A stretch of DNA of 64,000 nucleotides from Calditrichia bacterium (GCA_963796965.1 CAWCNS010000008.1:96001-160000); one strand, 5' to 3'; shown: positions 33,677 through 45,116, numbered from the stretch's first letter. A program made the numbers and translations. The notes: generated by a model not told the origin, from the sequence alone.

Positions 33677-36409
33677 TCAAAATTCAACACCGAAACCTAA
33701 TTTGATTTCTCTTGGTGCTGAATAGGCTGTCGGATTCTCAACACGGTCATAATAATCATTAAAATCGCTACGATGTTGGGCAATCTGTGATTCTCGAACG
33801 ACCGTCGTATAAGGTTGTCCGGTATCTCCATACACCCAGATCGGATTTTTTCTATCAAGTAAATTATATATCCGCAAAAATAATTTGGCCTCTAAATCAC
33901 CCATAATTTTAAAGGCATAATAGGCATTGACATCTACTCTAAATGAGGAAGGTATATAATCGTTATTCTGATAAAGGTTTATGAGCGACAAACGGCTCTC
34001 TGTCTGGGGGGAAAATGTATAAGGCGTTCCCGTATCATAGAATGCCATAAGCGTTGCCGCATATTTAGGTGTTGAATAACCGACTGTTATGTTAAACGTA
34101 TGCCGTTGATCCCAACTCATTGGAATTAAGCGTTTAATTGGATCCATGCTGTTACCGGCCCGGGTAAACGTCTGTGTTGGATTATCGGCATTTCCTTTTG
34201 TGTAGGCCAGCGTATAATTAGCAAAACTATAAAATCCGCCAAGATCATAGTCAAGCCTCATTTCCAAACCACGGGCATTTCCATAATCTTTATTCGTATA
34301 TAGTCCATATTCAATCTGGTTATAGGTAGATATGATCCGTGTACTTAAAAGATCGTAAATATCCTTATAATAGAGACTTACTTCTAAACCTAACCCTTTA
34401 ATGAGTTCCTGCCATAGACCAATTTCATACTGAATAGTTTTCTGGGGATGCAACTGGGCATTGCCCATTGTCGTTCCATAGTCATTTACAGGCACACGAA
34501 AAATATTGTTGGCATAAAGCGCATACATGGGCGGCATCTGGAAAAAATGTCCATAGCTAAAATGTAGCACAGCTCTTTTCCCTAACTGATATGACAAGCC
34601 AAATCTGGGACTTATTTGCGTTTGAGGATCGGCTTTTTGATAGCTCGTCATCAGGCTGTCCGGTAAATTCAGCTGATTGGAGGGATTGCGCCGGTCGGTG
34701 GGATAAACCTGATCAGAATAAAAATAATCGTAGCGTACACCCAGATTGATCACCATATCCTCAAATTCCATTTTATCCTGCATATACCCTGAGAATTCAA
34801 AGGGTTGAACTTCATATACATCCATTGTGTTTTCAGTTTGCGGAACCATTTCCAATTCATAATAGGGCCAGTCGACCTTCCCCGTTATCGGATCGATGAC
34901 CTTTGTATTTTCTTCAGTCAATCCTGCATATTTATTACGTACATCAATTCTATCCTGATTTATATAATGCTGAGTAAAAAGCCCACCTACTTTAAATAAA
35001 TGGTTATTAGTAGCCTGCCAGGATAAATCAAGTTTCAAATTGAAGTCTTCAAAATAAGACATCGATTTACCCGCTGCGGCAACACCACCGGTGGCAAATC
35101 CAGGTTGACCGGTTCCAACGTAGCGCGGATGTACATAACGTGAATCTAAAGGATCTTCGAATTTATATGACTCATATTTATTATCAATATAAGAAGCCTT
35201 AAACTCGTAGAATAGAGATGGTGAAATCGTATGATTCAAACTTAGTGTATACATATATGCCTGGTGGTAATTCGACCCAAGATAATCAGGATTATATTTG
35301 TAATAATGACTGTATCCTTTCGTTTCATCATCATTAAAAGTAAACATAGCGCTAATTTTCAATGTGTTATAAGGCCTGAATGAAAGTTTTCCAAGAAAAG
35401 AATGATGATAATCTTTCATCATACTTACGAGTTCGCCGTCACCCGTATTCTCTATATGCCACTCTTGTGGGTCCGGGTTTGTATAATCGCTATAATCAGT
35501 TGAGGTGAATCTCCTGATACCATTAAGATAGCCATTAAGAATCTGCCTTCTATAATTTGTAAAAAAAGTTATATTTTCACCTAGTACCGGACCGGATAAT
35601 TGAATTCTGTAGTCCTGGCTTAGATTACGATCCAAGGATCCATCACTTAGACCGGGAAATTCATCGCCATGAGCAGTAAAATAATTTGACGCGTACGCTT
35701 GAACAGATGCCTGAAAACGACCTTTACCCTCTTTAGTAACGGCATTAACCACCCCACTCATGGCGCGGCCATACTCTGCATTAAAAGTACCTTTAATAAT
35801 CTCAAGGTCTTCAACTGCTCCGGTCTCAATTGTTACAGAAGAACCTGTTCCACTGAAATTTTCATCCACCTGTAAGCCATCCACCATATAAGACACCTCT
35901 GTATCCCTACCTCCGCGAAAATGGCCGGCAACTACACCCGATTGTATGCTGACTACATCTGCGAGACTTTCTACGGGTAAAAGTTCCATTTGATCCGAGC
36001 TCACAGTAAGAGATGATCCGGTTTGGTCTTTCTTTGTGGCAATTTTATCGACCTCTACGACAATGGTTTCCCCTTCGATGATGGAAGATTCCAATTTTCC
36101 ATTAAGTGTAATTGTAGAATTGGTACTGACACGTATATTTGGAAAACTGAGGTTCTTATATCCGATCATTTGAACGGTAACGTTATAGGTTCCCGGCGGA
36201 ACATTAATTATGAAAAATGCACCATCCAAATCTGTTGAGGCTCCCATACTAGTTCCTTCAATATAAACATTTGCACCAGCTAACGGCTCACCAGTAGTGC
36301 CATCCTCAACAATGCCGGCAATTTTACCGGTAGTCTGGGCAAGACAAAGATTTGTTGTTACCACTATGAGTACTAAAATTGTGACAAAAATTTTTGGAGT
36401 GTTATTCAT
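33677..36409 (-). CDS. TonB-dependent receptor with N-terminal carboxypeptidase-regulatory-like domain (non-SusC type)
   Basis: TGKIAGIV..GEPLAGANV; HFRGGR..YMVDG; FNAEYGRAMSGVVNAVTKEG; ends PREIKLGFGVEF. Confidence 0.9.
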   Translation of the reverse strand: MNNTPKIFVTILVLIVVTTNLCLAQTTGKIAGIVEDGTTGEPLAGANVYIEGTSMGASTDLDGAFFIINVPPGTYNVTVQMIGYKNLSFPNIRVSTNSTITLNGKLESSIIEGETIVVEVDKIATKKDQTGSSLTVSSDQMELLPVESLADVVSIQSGVVAGHFRGGRDTEVSYMVDGLQVDENFSGTGSSVTIETGAVEDLEIIKGTFNAEYGRAMSGVVNAVTKEGKGRFQASVQAYASNYFTAHGDEFPGLSDGSLDRNLSQDYRIQLSGPVLGENITFFTNYRRQILNGYLNGIRRFTSTDYSDYTNPDPQEWHIENTGDGELVSMMKDYHHSFLGKLSFRPYNTLKISAMFTFNDDETKGYSHYYKYNPDYLGSNYHQAYMYTLSLNHTISPSLFYEFKASYIDNKYESYKFEDPLDSRYVHPRYVGTGQPGFATGGVAAAGKSMSYFEDFNLKLDLSWQATNNHLFKVGGLFTQHYINQDRIDVRNKYAGLTEENTKVIDPITGKVDWPYYELEMVPQTENTMDVYEVQPFEFSGYMQDKMEFEDMVINLGVRYDYFYSDQVYPTDRRNPSNQLNLPDSLMTSYQKADPQTQISPRFGLSYQLGKRAVLHFSYGHFFQMPPMYALYANNIFRVPVNDYGTTMGNAQLHPQKTIQYEIGLWQELIKGLGLEVSLYYKDIYDLLSTRIISTYNQIEYGLYTNKDYGNARGLEMRLDYDLGGFYSFANYTLAYTKGNADNPTQTFTRAGNSMDPIKRLIPMSWDQRHTFNITVGYSTPKYAATLMAFYDTGTPYTFSPQTESRLSLINLYQNNDYIPSSFRVDVNAYYAFKIMGDLEAKLFLRIYNLLDRKNPIWVYGDTGQPYTTVVRESQIAQHRSDFNDYYDRVENPTAYSAPREIKLGFGVEF

Positions 36410-36514
36410 CTTGATAACCCCTTATTTAGAAGTGTGTATAAGGCAAGACATATCTGCAATGATTTTTGTAATTTTAATGAACACTGGCTCATGTATCATT
36501 TTCGAAGGGTGCAA

Positions 36515-36594
36515 AAGGTTAGTTTTTTTTATTTAGAAACTAACCTTCTGAATTATAATAAAAAATGTTTCGAAAACAAAGTAATTTTTTATTA
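36515..36594 (-). promoter_or_regulatory. Candidate sigma70 promoter with overlapping palindromes upstream of the TBDR
   Basis: Minus strand TTGTTT (36579-36574), 16 nt, TATAAT (36557-36552). Near-palindrome TGTTTCGAAAACA 36566-36578. 11-bp inverted repeat AAGGTTAGTTT/AAACTAACCTT 36515-36547. Confidence 0.35.
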
Positions 36595-36880
36595 CACTGT
36601 GAATAAATTCAAAAAATATATACTTTCACCCTATGGTTAACTTCGGTTATCTCTTCGAATCAGTTTTAGGGTCGTATCTTTGTGTGTTTTTAACTAACAT
36701 CTGGCCGTGACTATTCATTCTAACATAGGATTTCCAAATACTGTGCAAAATCATCCACAAAACACCAATTACGATAAGCAATAGGTGGCTAGCTGCAGCA
36801 TCTGGAAGGCGGGATATGCACAGAATGGCACGATTTTAAAATATCCACTATATTAATGAGATTTGAATATCTGCCCTATG

Positions 36881-38389
36881 TTAGTTTTCAGATTCCTGTT
36901 TCATTTTACGTCCATAATCCAATTTATTATCTGTTGTTACCAGAGGAAAAGAGGGTACAACTTTGGTGAAGGGCACATTTTTCTGTGTTACACTCATATC
37001 AATCCTGGTTAATTTTATATCATTAAATGCGTCCACATCCACCTCGATTTGATCCGCGTATTTTTTCTGCAATGAATCAACTTGAGGATTTAGATGATTC
37101 TCAATTAAGGGAATATAATTCATTTCTGACAGACTATCGGGCAAAACCCCGCGGAGAAACTCATTTTTATAATATTGATAGTTTAAATTATCACGCCACA
37201 TATTTACGTTTCTCTGGATTACATTTATCTTGTCATACCCCCTGTCATACGCTACCTGGTCTAAATATTTATCCCTTATCATATCCATAATTGCAAACTG
37301 AAGCTGCTGTCCAAATTCTTTATTTCTCATATTCTTTTTTCGAAATACAAGGGGATGGGCTGTTAATTCGTCAACAAAATCTCTTACAGTCCAGACTTCG
37401 TTGTCTATATTAAAAAGAGGCTCCTGATATAATAATGCCATTTGTGTTTCGATATCCTTGAATTTCTCAGTATCATCATCCTTGTTCCAAAAAGATTTAT
37501 TCAACATTGCTTTCTTTTCAGCCTCTGTTTGGATATAAACCGGTCCTAATAAATCAGCAATTTTAAAAAAAACATCCGGACTGAACTCAATAGACTTTCC
37601 TTTCATTACATCAAGAATATAATTATCGAATAATTTTACAGATTGTCTTTGAATGAACTTGTCGCTGACATTTCGCCATCTTTCCTGAATCTGATATTCC
37701 GTAATAGCGACTCTGTCTATCCAACCATTAATTTTAATCATCATATAGTCAGTTTTATTTATCTTAACCGGGCCGATTATCTGATTTTTTTTTAACGGCA
37801 AAGAATAAAGCGAATCTAGAATAGCATTATTCTCGTGAGTGGACCATTCCACCTCTCTTTTTGGCAGTGTATCCATACCTGTTGCCTCTAAATAAACATC
37901 CTCAAACGAGGTGCTTTTCCCTCTGATCTGCTTGTTTATCATATACACAAAAGCACTATCGGGAACATTAAAATAGGAAACTTTATACTTCCTGCCGGCA
38001 ACACGTACTGTGTTTAAAACTTGTGCAGAATCAAGTACAACTTTTTCCATTGCTTCTTTCTCATACAGCCACTGACGCATGGCTTGCTCTTTCCTGCCCC
38101 GCAGATAAGTCTCGATTTTCTTATCTAATATAAACGTATTCGTATCACCCGCTTCAATAGCCATTAGTTTTTCAGCGATAAGAGAATTGAGAACAATCTT
38201 TTTATCTAAATTGTGATCACCTCTACAATAGGGCGGACGAATTGTATATTCTGCGCGACGGATAAATTCATTGACAGAGATCGATTTATCACCAATTTTC
38301 ACCAAAATAGTTTCTTTTGGTTCTATTATCTCTTCCTTACCACATGAGATAAGGAGCAATAACGAAAAAATATATAATTTACTTTTCAC
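36881..38389 (-). CDS. SurA/PrsA-like (degenerate parvulin) chaperone lipoprotein
   Basis: Lipobox LISC; ILVKIGDKSISVNEFIRR..LIAEKLMAIEA; IIGPVKI. GTG start. Confidence 0.55.
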   Translation of the reverse strand: MKSKLYIFSLLLLISCGKEEIIEPKETILVKIGDKSISVNEFIRRAEYTIRPPYCRGDHNLDKKIVLNSLIAEKLMAIEAGDTNTFILDKKIETYLRGRKEQAMRQWLYEKEAMEKVVLDSAQVLNTVRVAGRKYKVSYFNVPDSAFVYMINKQIRGKSTSFEDVYLEATGMDTLPKREVEWSTHENNAILDSLYSLPLKKNQIIGPVKINKTDYMMIKINGWIDRVAITEYQIQERWRNVSDKFIQRQSVKLFDNYILDVMKGKSIEFSPDVFFKIADLLGPVYIQTEAEKKAMLNKSFWNKDDDTEKFKDIETQMALLYQEPLFNIDNEVWTVRDFVDELTAHPLVFRKKNMRNKEFGQQLQFAIMDMIRDKYLDQVAYDRGYDKINVIQRNVNMWRDNLNYQYYKNEFLRGVLPDSLSEMNYIPLIENHLNPQVDSLQKKYADQIEVDVDAFNDIKLTRIDMSVTQKNVPFTKVVPSFPLVTTDNKLDYGRKMKQESEN

Positions 38390-38453
38390 TTTGGTTCCCT
38401 GTTGTTATTATTCAACTATTAAATTGAATTTATTCATTTATAAAACACATCAG

Positions 38454-38857
38454 TAGAAGTTAGGAGTTAGGAGTTAGAATTTTTTTTCTATAAGAATATA
38501 ATAACTTTCAAATTTCGTTGCTAAGTTCCAATAATTTATCATTTTTTATATATCCTAGATCTTTAGATAAAATCACAAAATAACGAGATTCTTCCAGGGA
38601 GCCTTCTGCAATGTTTAAAAATCGCGCTTTATCTGCAGCTGATTGCTTGCGAAATCCTTCTGCAATATTTGCACAGATGGATATTGCGGAACGGCGGAAT
38701 TGTGAACTCAAACCATAAGTTTCATGCTTCGGAAAAGAAGTGGTTTCTTTATACACCATAAGTACAAATTGATGCGCCTTTTGCCAGACGATTAAATCTG
38801 TAAATGTTTTTGCAGGTTTTTTCACAATCAATGCTAACTTCTAACTTCTATCTTCTA
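38454..38857. repeat. Heptamer inverted arms flanking a four-helix-bundle gene
   Basis: TAGAAGTTAGGAGTTAGGAGTTAGA (38454-38478) vs GCTAACTTCTAACTTCTATCTTCTA (38833-38857); 21/25 complementary. Confidence 0.85.
38460..38831 (-). CDS. Four-helix-bundle protein (23S rRNA IVP/TIGR02436-like) with in-frame TGA at 38508-38510
   Basis: FTDLIVWQKAH..FPKHETYGLSSQFRRSAISICANIAEG..GSLEE. The frame continues KLLYSYRKKILTPNS to TAA at 38460. Confidence 0.85.
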
Positions 38858-38921
38858 ATTTTTATTAGATTTATCAATTTGATCAATAGAGTCTCCGGCT
38901 TCAACACACTCCTCAATTTTC

Positions 38922-41234
38922 CTAGCGGACAACAACCATCTTCCGCGAGGACATTCCCTGATCTGATTTAATCCTACACAAATAAATCCCTGAAGAAACC
39001 ATCTGGTTTGCCTCATTTCTACCATCCCAGTTTATAGTAAATTGTCCAGCATAACGGATTTCATTAATAAGCGTTTTTACTCTCTCACCCAAGATATTAT
39101 ATATGGTTAATTCAACATTCGATTTTTGTGGAAGCTGATACATAATTGTTGTTTCACTATCTTGTGGATTCATGGGATTTGGATAATTGGACAGGATACG
39201 AACATCGGCAACTTCTGAGTCATATACCGAATATAAATTTGCGGAACCTACCATATGCTGAAGTGTATGGAGAGAATTGGAATTGTCAAAAATACAATAC
39301 CAATTTGAACTACCATCAAATTCAAATCCAATCGAAGCATGGTCGGTTTCATTAAATGAATGGGAACCCCCAAATTCCTCACCGGTAAGATAGCTTTGAT
39401 AATTTGGTTCATCTGTAATAAAACAATTTACTTTTCCATTTTCCGAGGGTATAAATTGGAAGGCGCCATTATTCATATCATCGAAAAGGTCTCTTCCACG
39501 CAAGATTTGCGATGGTACATCTACATCAATCGCCAGATAGTAACGATTATCTTTAAACTGAGGTACAGGAATTTCGTTCCAGCTTAGTTGTGGTTTTTTA
39601 GCATCAATCCTCATGTAGACTGAATATTCCGCACCAGCCTCACTGTTACCCAAAACTCTCAGCACTTCTCCCGAATTGGAAGGTATACTGCCATAGTCGC
39701 AACTCATTTTCGCCCAATAGGATCTGCCCGGCCCCACTAGGAAAGTTACTTTACCGCTATTATCTGTAAAACCATAGTGATCGAATGCTTTTGGGCTGTA
39801 CAAACCTGTTGTATATAATATAATCCTTGCGCCATCAATTGGATTATCTAAACTATCCAATGCATAAATATTAAGTGTTGCGTGTCCTCTGGTGTAACGA
39901 GGCGTCACGGAACTCATAAAACCATCACTGCGCCATCTAAAAACAGTACCAAATTCTTTACCCCATCCATCGATATACATATAGGGATTATTAATAGTAC
40001 CATCCCAATGGATCCACTCTTCATCCCAGAACTCGTTCCACACATGGTCCGTAGAATAAGAGGCAACACTTGTACAGGGGATAAGCGCTGAACGGGCGAT
40101 GGCTACCCTCATATCACCGTTTTCTCCGCAACGCCCGATATGTTTGCGATAAATCCGCACCGGTTGATGTGGTCTTTCGTCATTAGAGGTAAAATCCATA
40201 CTCGCGCTCTGCCATCGATTCATTATCTCTATTGCGTGTGCACCACCACTTCCGGGAGCGTTAAATTCGTTCCAAACGACTTTACAATCCTTGACCATAT
40301 CTTTGAATTTTGCATACCCCGGATCGGAATTATAAAAAAGGAATTCACGCCAAAAGTGACCTTTATCCGGTGTAGTGATATTGTTTACATGGGAACTATT
40401 ACTTTCGATAATATCAGGATCGATAAAAGCTGGGATTTCGTCAGTTATTTTAGGATGAACAATATACCAGTAATATATATCTCTCGGCACTTCCACTTCT
40501 GTTGTATCTGTATACTTCGCTTTACGATATTTTGTTGTTGTATAGTAGTTTGGATCTGTTTGCGAAGTGCCATAGTCAATAACATCTACATAGTTTAAAT
40601 ATTTGTCATTTTCATAGATCAATTTGGCATTTAACTCAAGCAGTTCAACTGAAGCATATAATGAGGTTAAATACTGTGGAGACAGGTGAGCAATACAAAA
40701 GGCAATTTCATCCACAAATGGATCTTCTGCATCAAGTATCGCCCTTGCCCATTTATCCTGGTAAGCGATTTCCAGGAGCGCAAAGACATTGATCAAGTCA
40801 TTTTTCATCCACCTGGGTGCCTTCTCAATGGCTGTCTGAACCTCTTGGGAAAATTGATTTTCAGGTTCAGGATAAATTAAATCCAGTAATTTATTTTGAC
40901 TATTAAATTTGAGAGCAAAATATCCACCCGCAGGAATATATAAGTCGAAATCATTGGTTTCTGATTGGGGGGCCGTAATCGTATGATATGGTTTTGAGAA
41001 CTTCTGTTTTTTCATTTTTGTCGCCGGGAAATAAACCGGTGCCTCCCCAACGTCGATCAAATCAGGTTTCTCTATTACGCTATGTGTGCTGCCCCTCGGT
41101 TCCAAATCATCAGTTTTATTTTGCGCCCAAATCTGCCTATCAATAAATCCTGGTTCGGATATGAGTAAGCAAGACAGGATAAAAACCTTCAGTCCAATAT
41201 TTCTTATAATTAGTTTACATATCCATATGAACAT
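38922..41234 (-). CDS. Transglutaminase-fold (PNGase-like triad) protein with T9SS type-A/FlgD-Ig CTD
   Basis: GRCGE, DHVWNE, WIHWD; CTD NYPNPMNP..WDGRN..SSGIYLCRI..KMVVVR. Confidence 0.75.
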   Translation of the reverse strand: MFIWICKLIIRNIGLKVFILSCLLISEPGFIDRQIWAQNKTDDLEPRGSTHSVIEKPDLIDVGEAPVYFPATKMKKQKFSKPYHTITAPQSETNDFDLYIPAGGYFALKFNSQNKLLDLIYPEPENQFSQEVQTAIEKAPRWMKNDLINVFALLEIAYQDKWARAILDAEDPFVDEIAFCIAHLSPQYLTSLYASVELLELNAKLIYENDKYLNYVDVIDYGTSQTDPNYYTTTKYRKAKYTDTTEVEVPRDIYYWYIVHPKITDEIPAFIDPDIIESNSSHVNNITTPDKGHFWREFLFYNSDPGYAKFKDMVKDCKVVWNEFNAPGSGGAHAIEIMNRWQSASMDFTSNDERPHQPVRIYRKHIGRCGENGDMRVAIARSALIPCTSVASYSTDHVWNEFWDEEWIHWDGTINNPYMYIDGWGKEFGTVFRWRSDGFMSSVTPRYTRGHATLNIYALDSLDNPIDGARIILYTTGLYSPKAFDHYGFTDNSGKVTFLVGPGRSYWAKMSCDYGSIPSNSGEVLRVLGNSEAGAEYSVYMRIDAKKPQLSWNEIPVPQFKDNRYYLAIDVDVPSQILRGRDLFDDMNNGAFQFIPSENGKVNCFITDEPNYQSYLTGEEFGGSHSFNETDHASIGFEFDGSSNWYCIFDNSNSLHTLQHMVGSANLYSVYDSEVADVRILSNYPNPMNPQDSETTIMYQLPQKSNVELTIYNILGERVKTLINEIRYAGQFTINWDGRNEANQMVSSGIYLCRIKSDQGMSSRKMVVVR

Positions 41235-41246
41235 TTTCTTCCTTAA

Positions 41247-41412
41247 GGGTAATTAGGTTATTAGTTAATTGGATAATTGGGTATTTGGGTAATTAGGTTA
41301 CTAGGTTAATAGGTAAAAAAGTGATTAGGTAATAAGGTAACAGAGGAATAACCTTAATACCTATTAACCCATTTGCCAAATTACCATATATCCTAATAGC
41401 CAAACACCCCTT
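41247..41412. repeat. Empty octamer inverted repeat with a degenerate right arm
   Basis: About 12 GGTAATTR-like units at 41247-41341, then TAACCTTAATACCTATTAACCC..AATTACC. Confidence 0.8.
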
Positions 41413-41465
41413 TTACTAAATGCCATCCGTCTCAGATTGATATCATAGAATAATACAGACAAAAT

Positions 41466-41492
41466 AGGGCAAACATAACAGTTCGCCCCTAC
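41466..41492 (-). repeat. GTAG-type REP element
   Basis: Minus strand reads GTAG-GGGCGAAC-TGTTAT-GTTTGCCC-T. Confidence 0.7.
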
Positions 41493-41560
41493 ATTTCACA
41501 TCTCACGTTTTGACGTCTGACACCTCTCACGTTTCACGTCTCACGTCTGACGTTTCACAC
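41493..41560. repeat. Unpaired heptamer array (TCACGTY)n
   Basis: About 10 units directly after the stop codon of paralog E. Confidence 0.85.
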
Positions 41561-44500
41561 TCATTTAATCACCGCAAACTTACCTATCTTAACATCACCG
41601 GTCACCTTCGACTCCACATGATAAAGATAATAACCGGCTGCGATCTCCAGACCCTCCTTGCTCCGCAAATCCCAGTGTGCCGTACCGTTGGCAGATGAAT
41701 TAAGATCCCACTGACTGGTACGCCCACTCTCTGAATTATCCACATCTATCTCATCGATCAATACGCCACTGATAGTAAATATCCTGATTTTACACTGCGC
41801 CGGAATATGCGTAAACATGATTTGCCGCCGCTGATTGCGTTCCCAGTTCGCTACCGCGCCCTCCATCGTGTTTGTCACCACATAGGGATTCGGGACCACA
41901 CGAATATTTTTCATATCCTCCTTTAACTGAGATTTGTCCAGTTCATCACCCAGACCACCTACGGTAAACAGTACCGAATCAATATGATAAAAGGCCCGGT
42001 CAAAGTCGATCCGGTATACATCGTTAGTCTGCGGCATCTCATTCGATGCATTCGCATCCGTAAATTCTAACTGAAAAATGGTCCCGCACCACAGATGGTT
42101 ACCCGGAATCCGCGAATCGTCTTGCGAATGACCCACAAGTACATGATCAAACTCCGGATCATACTGTCCGTTGCCGTTTAGATCATTAACGACCATATCC
42201 AATATCGGATAGTTTCCCAGACTATCCGGAAACGTCTTATTGACCACATAAAAATTAAATGATTGATCCAACAGCGTCTGGGCTCTGGGTATGGTATTCC
42301 CAAACCGGTCTTCAATTAATGTCGATGGCGTAATATAATTTGTACGGGTAGTATACTCTGTCGGGTTATCCGTCCAGATAAACTCGTACTGCCAGGGAAA
42401 GTACTCATAGTTATTTACAGATGTATAAAAGCGTACCGGTGATTTGCCCACCACCCAACCGGAGTTGTCCGAACTGTATTTGGGCAAAACGGTCTGCATG
42501 CGGAAACGTAAACGCAGCCCTTCAAAAAGTTCGGTCGTAACATCACGCTGATCGGTTACAACCCAGTATGGACGGGTATCTGATGAATCAAAATTCGACC
42601 CGGACAGATCATCTTTGGTCTCATGATAAACCAGAGAATCTCCCAGCGTGATATCGTAGACAAAAATCTCATCATTGAAAAACTTTGCCTCATAGGGACT
42701 GCGGTAGCGGGTATTGGTTTGCAGTGGTTTAAAATGGTCATCGTTTACATTATATTTTAATTTATAGGTATGTCCCTTTTGAACAATGTCACGGTCAAAT
42801 ACATCAATAGTAATCGGCAGACGCTGGGCGGTCTCGGAAATATTATCCAAATCCAGATCAACGCCCTGCGACGGATAACCGGCAGCAAATTGAGCAGGCT
42901 TGACCACCGCCACATTCTGTGTGATCCGCCGGATCTCCTCGTTCTCATCGATCTCTAGAACAAAGGTATTCTCAGATGGCGATATCCCCCCACCCACTTC
43001 CGGCAGGCCATAATCATAGGCCACCAAGACATAATAATAGGTACGCCCATTCTGAACCGTATTATCGATAAACGAATGGCTGATGCCGCTATCATCGCCA
43101 AGATAATACTCGATGCCGTTGATCTCACCATAATCGGCAAATCCCTTGCGATCATCAATCAGATCACATTGATAAATCGCCTTACGTAAGGTCGGGCTAC
43201 CGTAACCATCGCTGATCGTTAAAGGATCGGCCATATAGGGATCGCTTGAACGAAAAAGTTTATAGCCTTCAAAATCGTTGATATTTTTCGCAAAACTATC
43301 CCGGGTCAGTTGATCCGACTTATCGTCCCAGCTCAGATATACCTTGCCGTCAGCAGGGTTAGCGGTCAGCTTGGGCATGAGTGGCGGTTGGGCAAAACGA
43401 TAATCAGTCTCATAGATCAGCTGGACGACTTCTTTTAGACGGAATAAGGCTGGTGCGCTGTGTTGTTCTGAATTCAAGCCGGCGAGAATTTCATAGGAAT
43501 GCAGCTCGGACATGGACACCCGTTCGGTAAGACCTTTATGAAGGGGGAACATACCAGAAGCAAAATGTTCCTTAAAATTCCGTGGTTCCATTTGTGCTTC
43601 GTCAAACAGGCCTTCGTAATGTAAATCAAATACTTTCTGATCATTTGACGCAGCATAACCGCTTATACCCCAATCTAAAACATATCTGAAAGAGGTCAGG
43701 CCGAGCATGTCTGATTCACTGACATCGGTTTCGGCAAAATTCGGTTCGGCAATACCTTCCACGCGGTCCGGACGGCCGTTGGCTTCCGTGCCATCGGCAT
43801 CAGGCCCGAAATAATTCAGATCAAAGGGACCCACACCATCTAATCCCACATCATCACCGATATTTTCATCGGGATCATATTCACCATTGTTATTTTTATC
43901 GACCCATTCCTGCCAGTCCTGGTCTTCATCCGCATCCCAATGCTCTTTCAGATCAGATTCTTTTAGATTATAAAAGCTAAGAAAGTTATTCAAATCAGTA
44001 ATCCCATCATAAGGGCCTATTTTTTGGGTTGCATCATTGTCCCGCGCCTCATCTACCAGACCATCCAAATCATTATCAAGGCCATCATTGGGTTTTCCCG
44101 GACTCTCAAGATAAGCGAGTCCATAAACACCCGGTTCCTTGCCGCCACCTACTGGTATCCCATCCAGATCCCACGAATAGCACATATTTAGTGGTTTATT
44201 ATAAAAAGCAATATCATCCGCATCCCTCAGATGATTCTCCCCCCACAGCATTATCGGTATATAAACCAAAATACATCTCTGGCAAATCATAATCGGAGAT
44301 ATTGGCGATGGTGTATTCCCAGAATATGGCATCATGGGCGGAGGGATTACTCCATTGGAATCCCCGTGTCTGGATACGGATGCCAATACCACCCCAGGGG
44401 AGACCTTTCTGAATGGTCACATCTGCTTTTTTATCACCTATAAAGACACCGGGTCTGGGATAATATTTTACCTGATCTTCCGGACCCAGATATTCCTGAT

Positions 44501-45116
44501 CATGGGCATCGTTGACCACAAAAAAACTTTCCAGATCGGCCTTCATAATCCCCCGGCCAAAACGGCCATTCCATTCACCCGGCCAGATCAATTTATTTCC
44601 ATTAATGGGCCCCGGCCAGCCCACAGGCGGCCAGGAATCTTCACGGTTGCTCATTGCCGGGGTTTCACTGAGCTCATCAAAATAACCAAATACAGGGTAC
44701 AACGCCCACTCTATTGTTCCGGTCGGATCCCTGTCCACGGATGCCGGTTCGCGAAAACTGGTTTGGCAATAAAATAAAGTATCCAGACTGGGGTGGCTGG
44801 CAATAATAGCCGGATCTGTTACCGGGATCGAGTCGTTTTCAAGATATACCCGCGCACCTATTATAATAGCAATGCCATCATGCATTTTTGTGCCATCCAG
44901 GGTATTTGGCCACTTAGAAGTGAACCAGTTTTTATGGTCACCTATTTCGGTGGTATTACGATAAAAAACTAAAACACGGTTGCCATTCATAAAGCCCGTA
45001 CGTTCTGCTGCAATATCCGAAGCAGGATCATCCGGTCCCTCGTAGGGACGACCCTGAGCAAAAAGACTCGTGGCAAAAATGCTGAATATAATTAATAAAA
45101 TAACTACCTTTATCAT
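41561..45116 (-). CDS. Paralog E (~1185 aa), one frameshift at ~44223
   Basis: ORFs 44214-45116 and 41561-44392 are colinear with D. Confidence 0.85.

Noticed and set aside
33677..36409. SusC/SusD annotation
   Set aside because: No SusD-like lipoprotein follows either receptor and I see no SusC-specific motifs.
38508..38510. Genome-wide TGA recoding or selenocysteine
   Set aside because: TGA terminates all seven paralogs at the conserved FAVIK end, and the position is not a Cys-type site.
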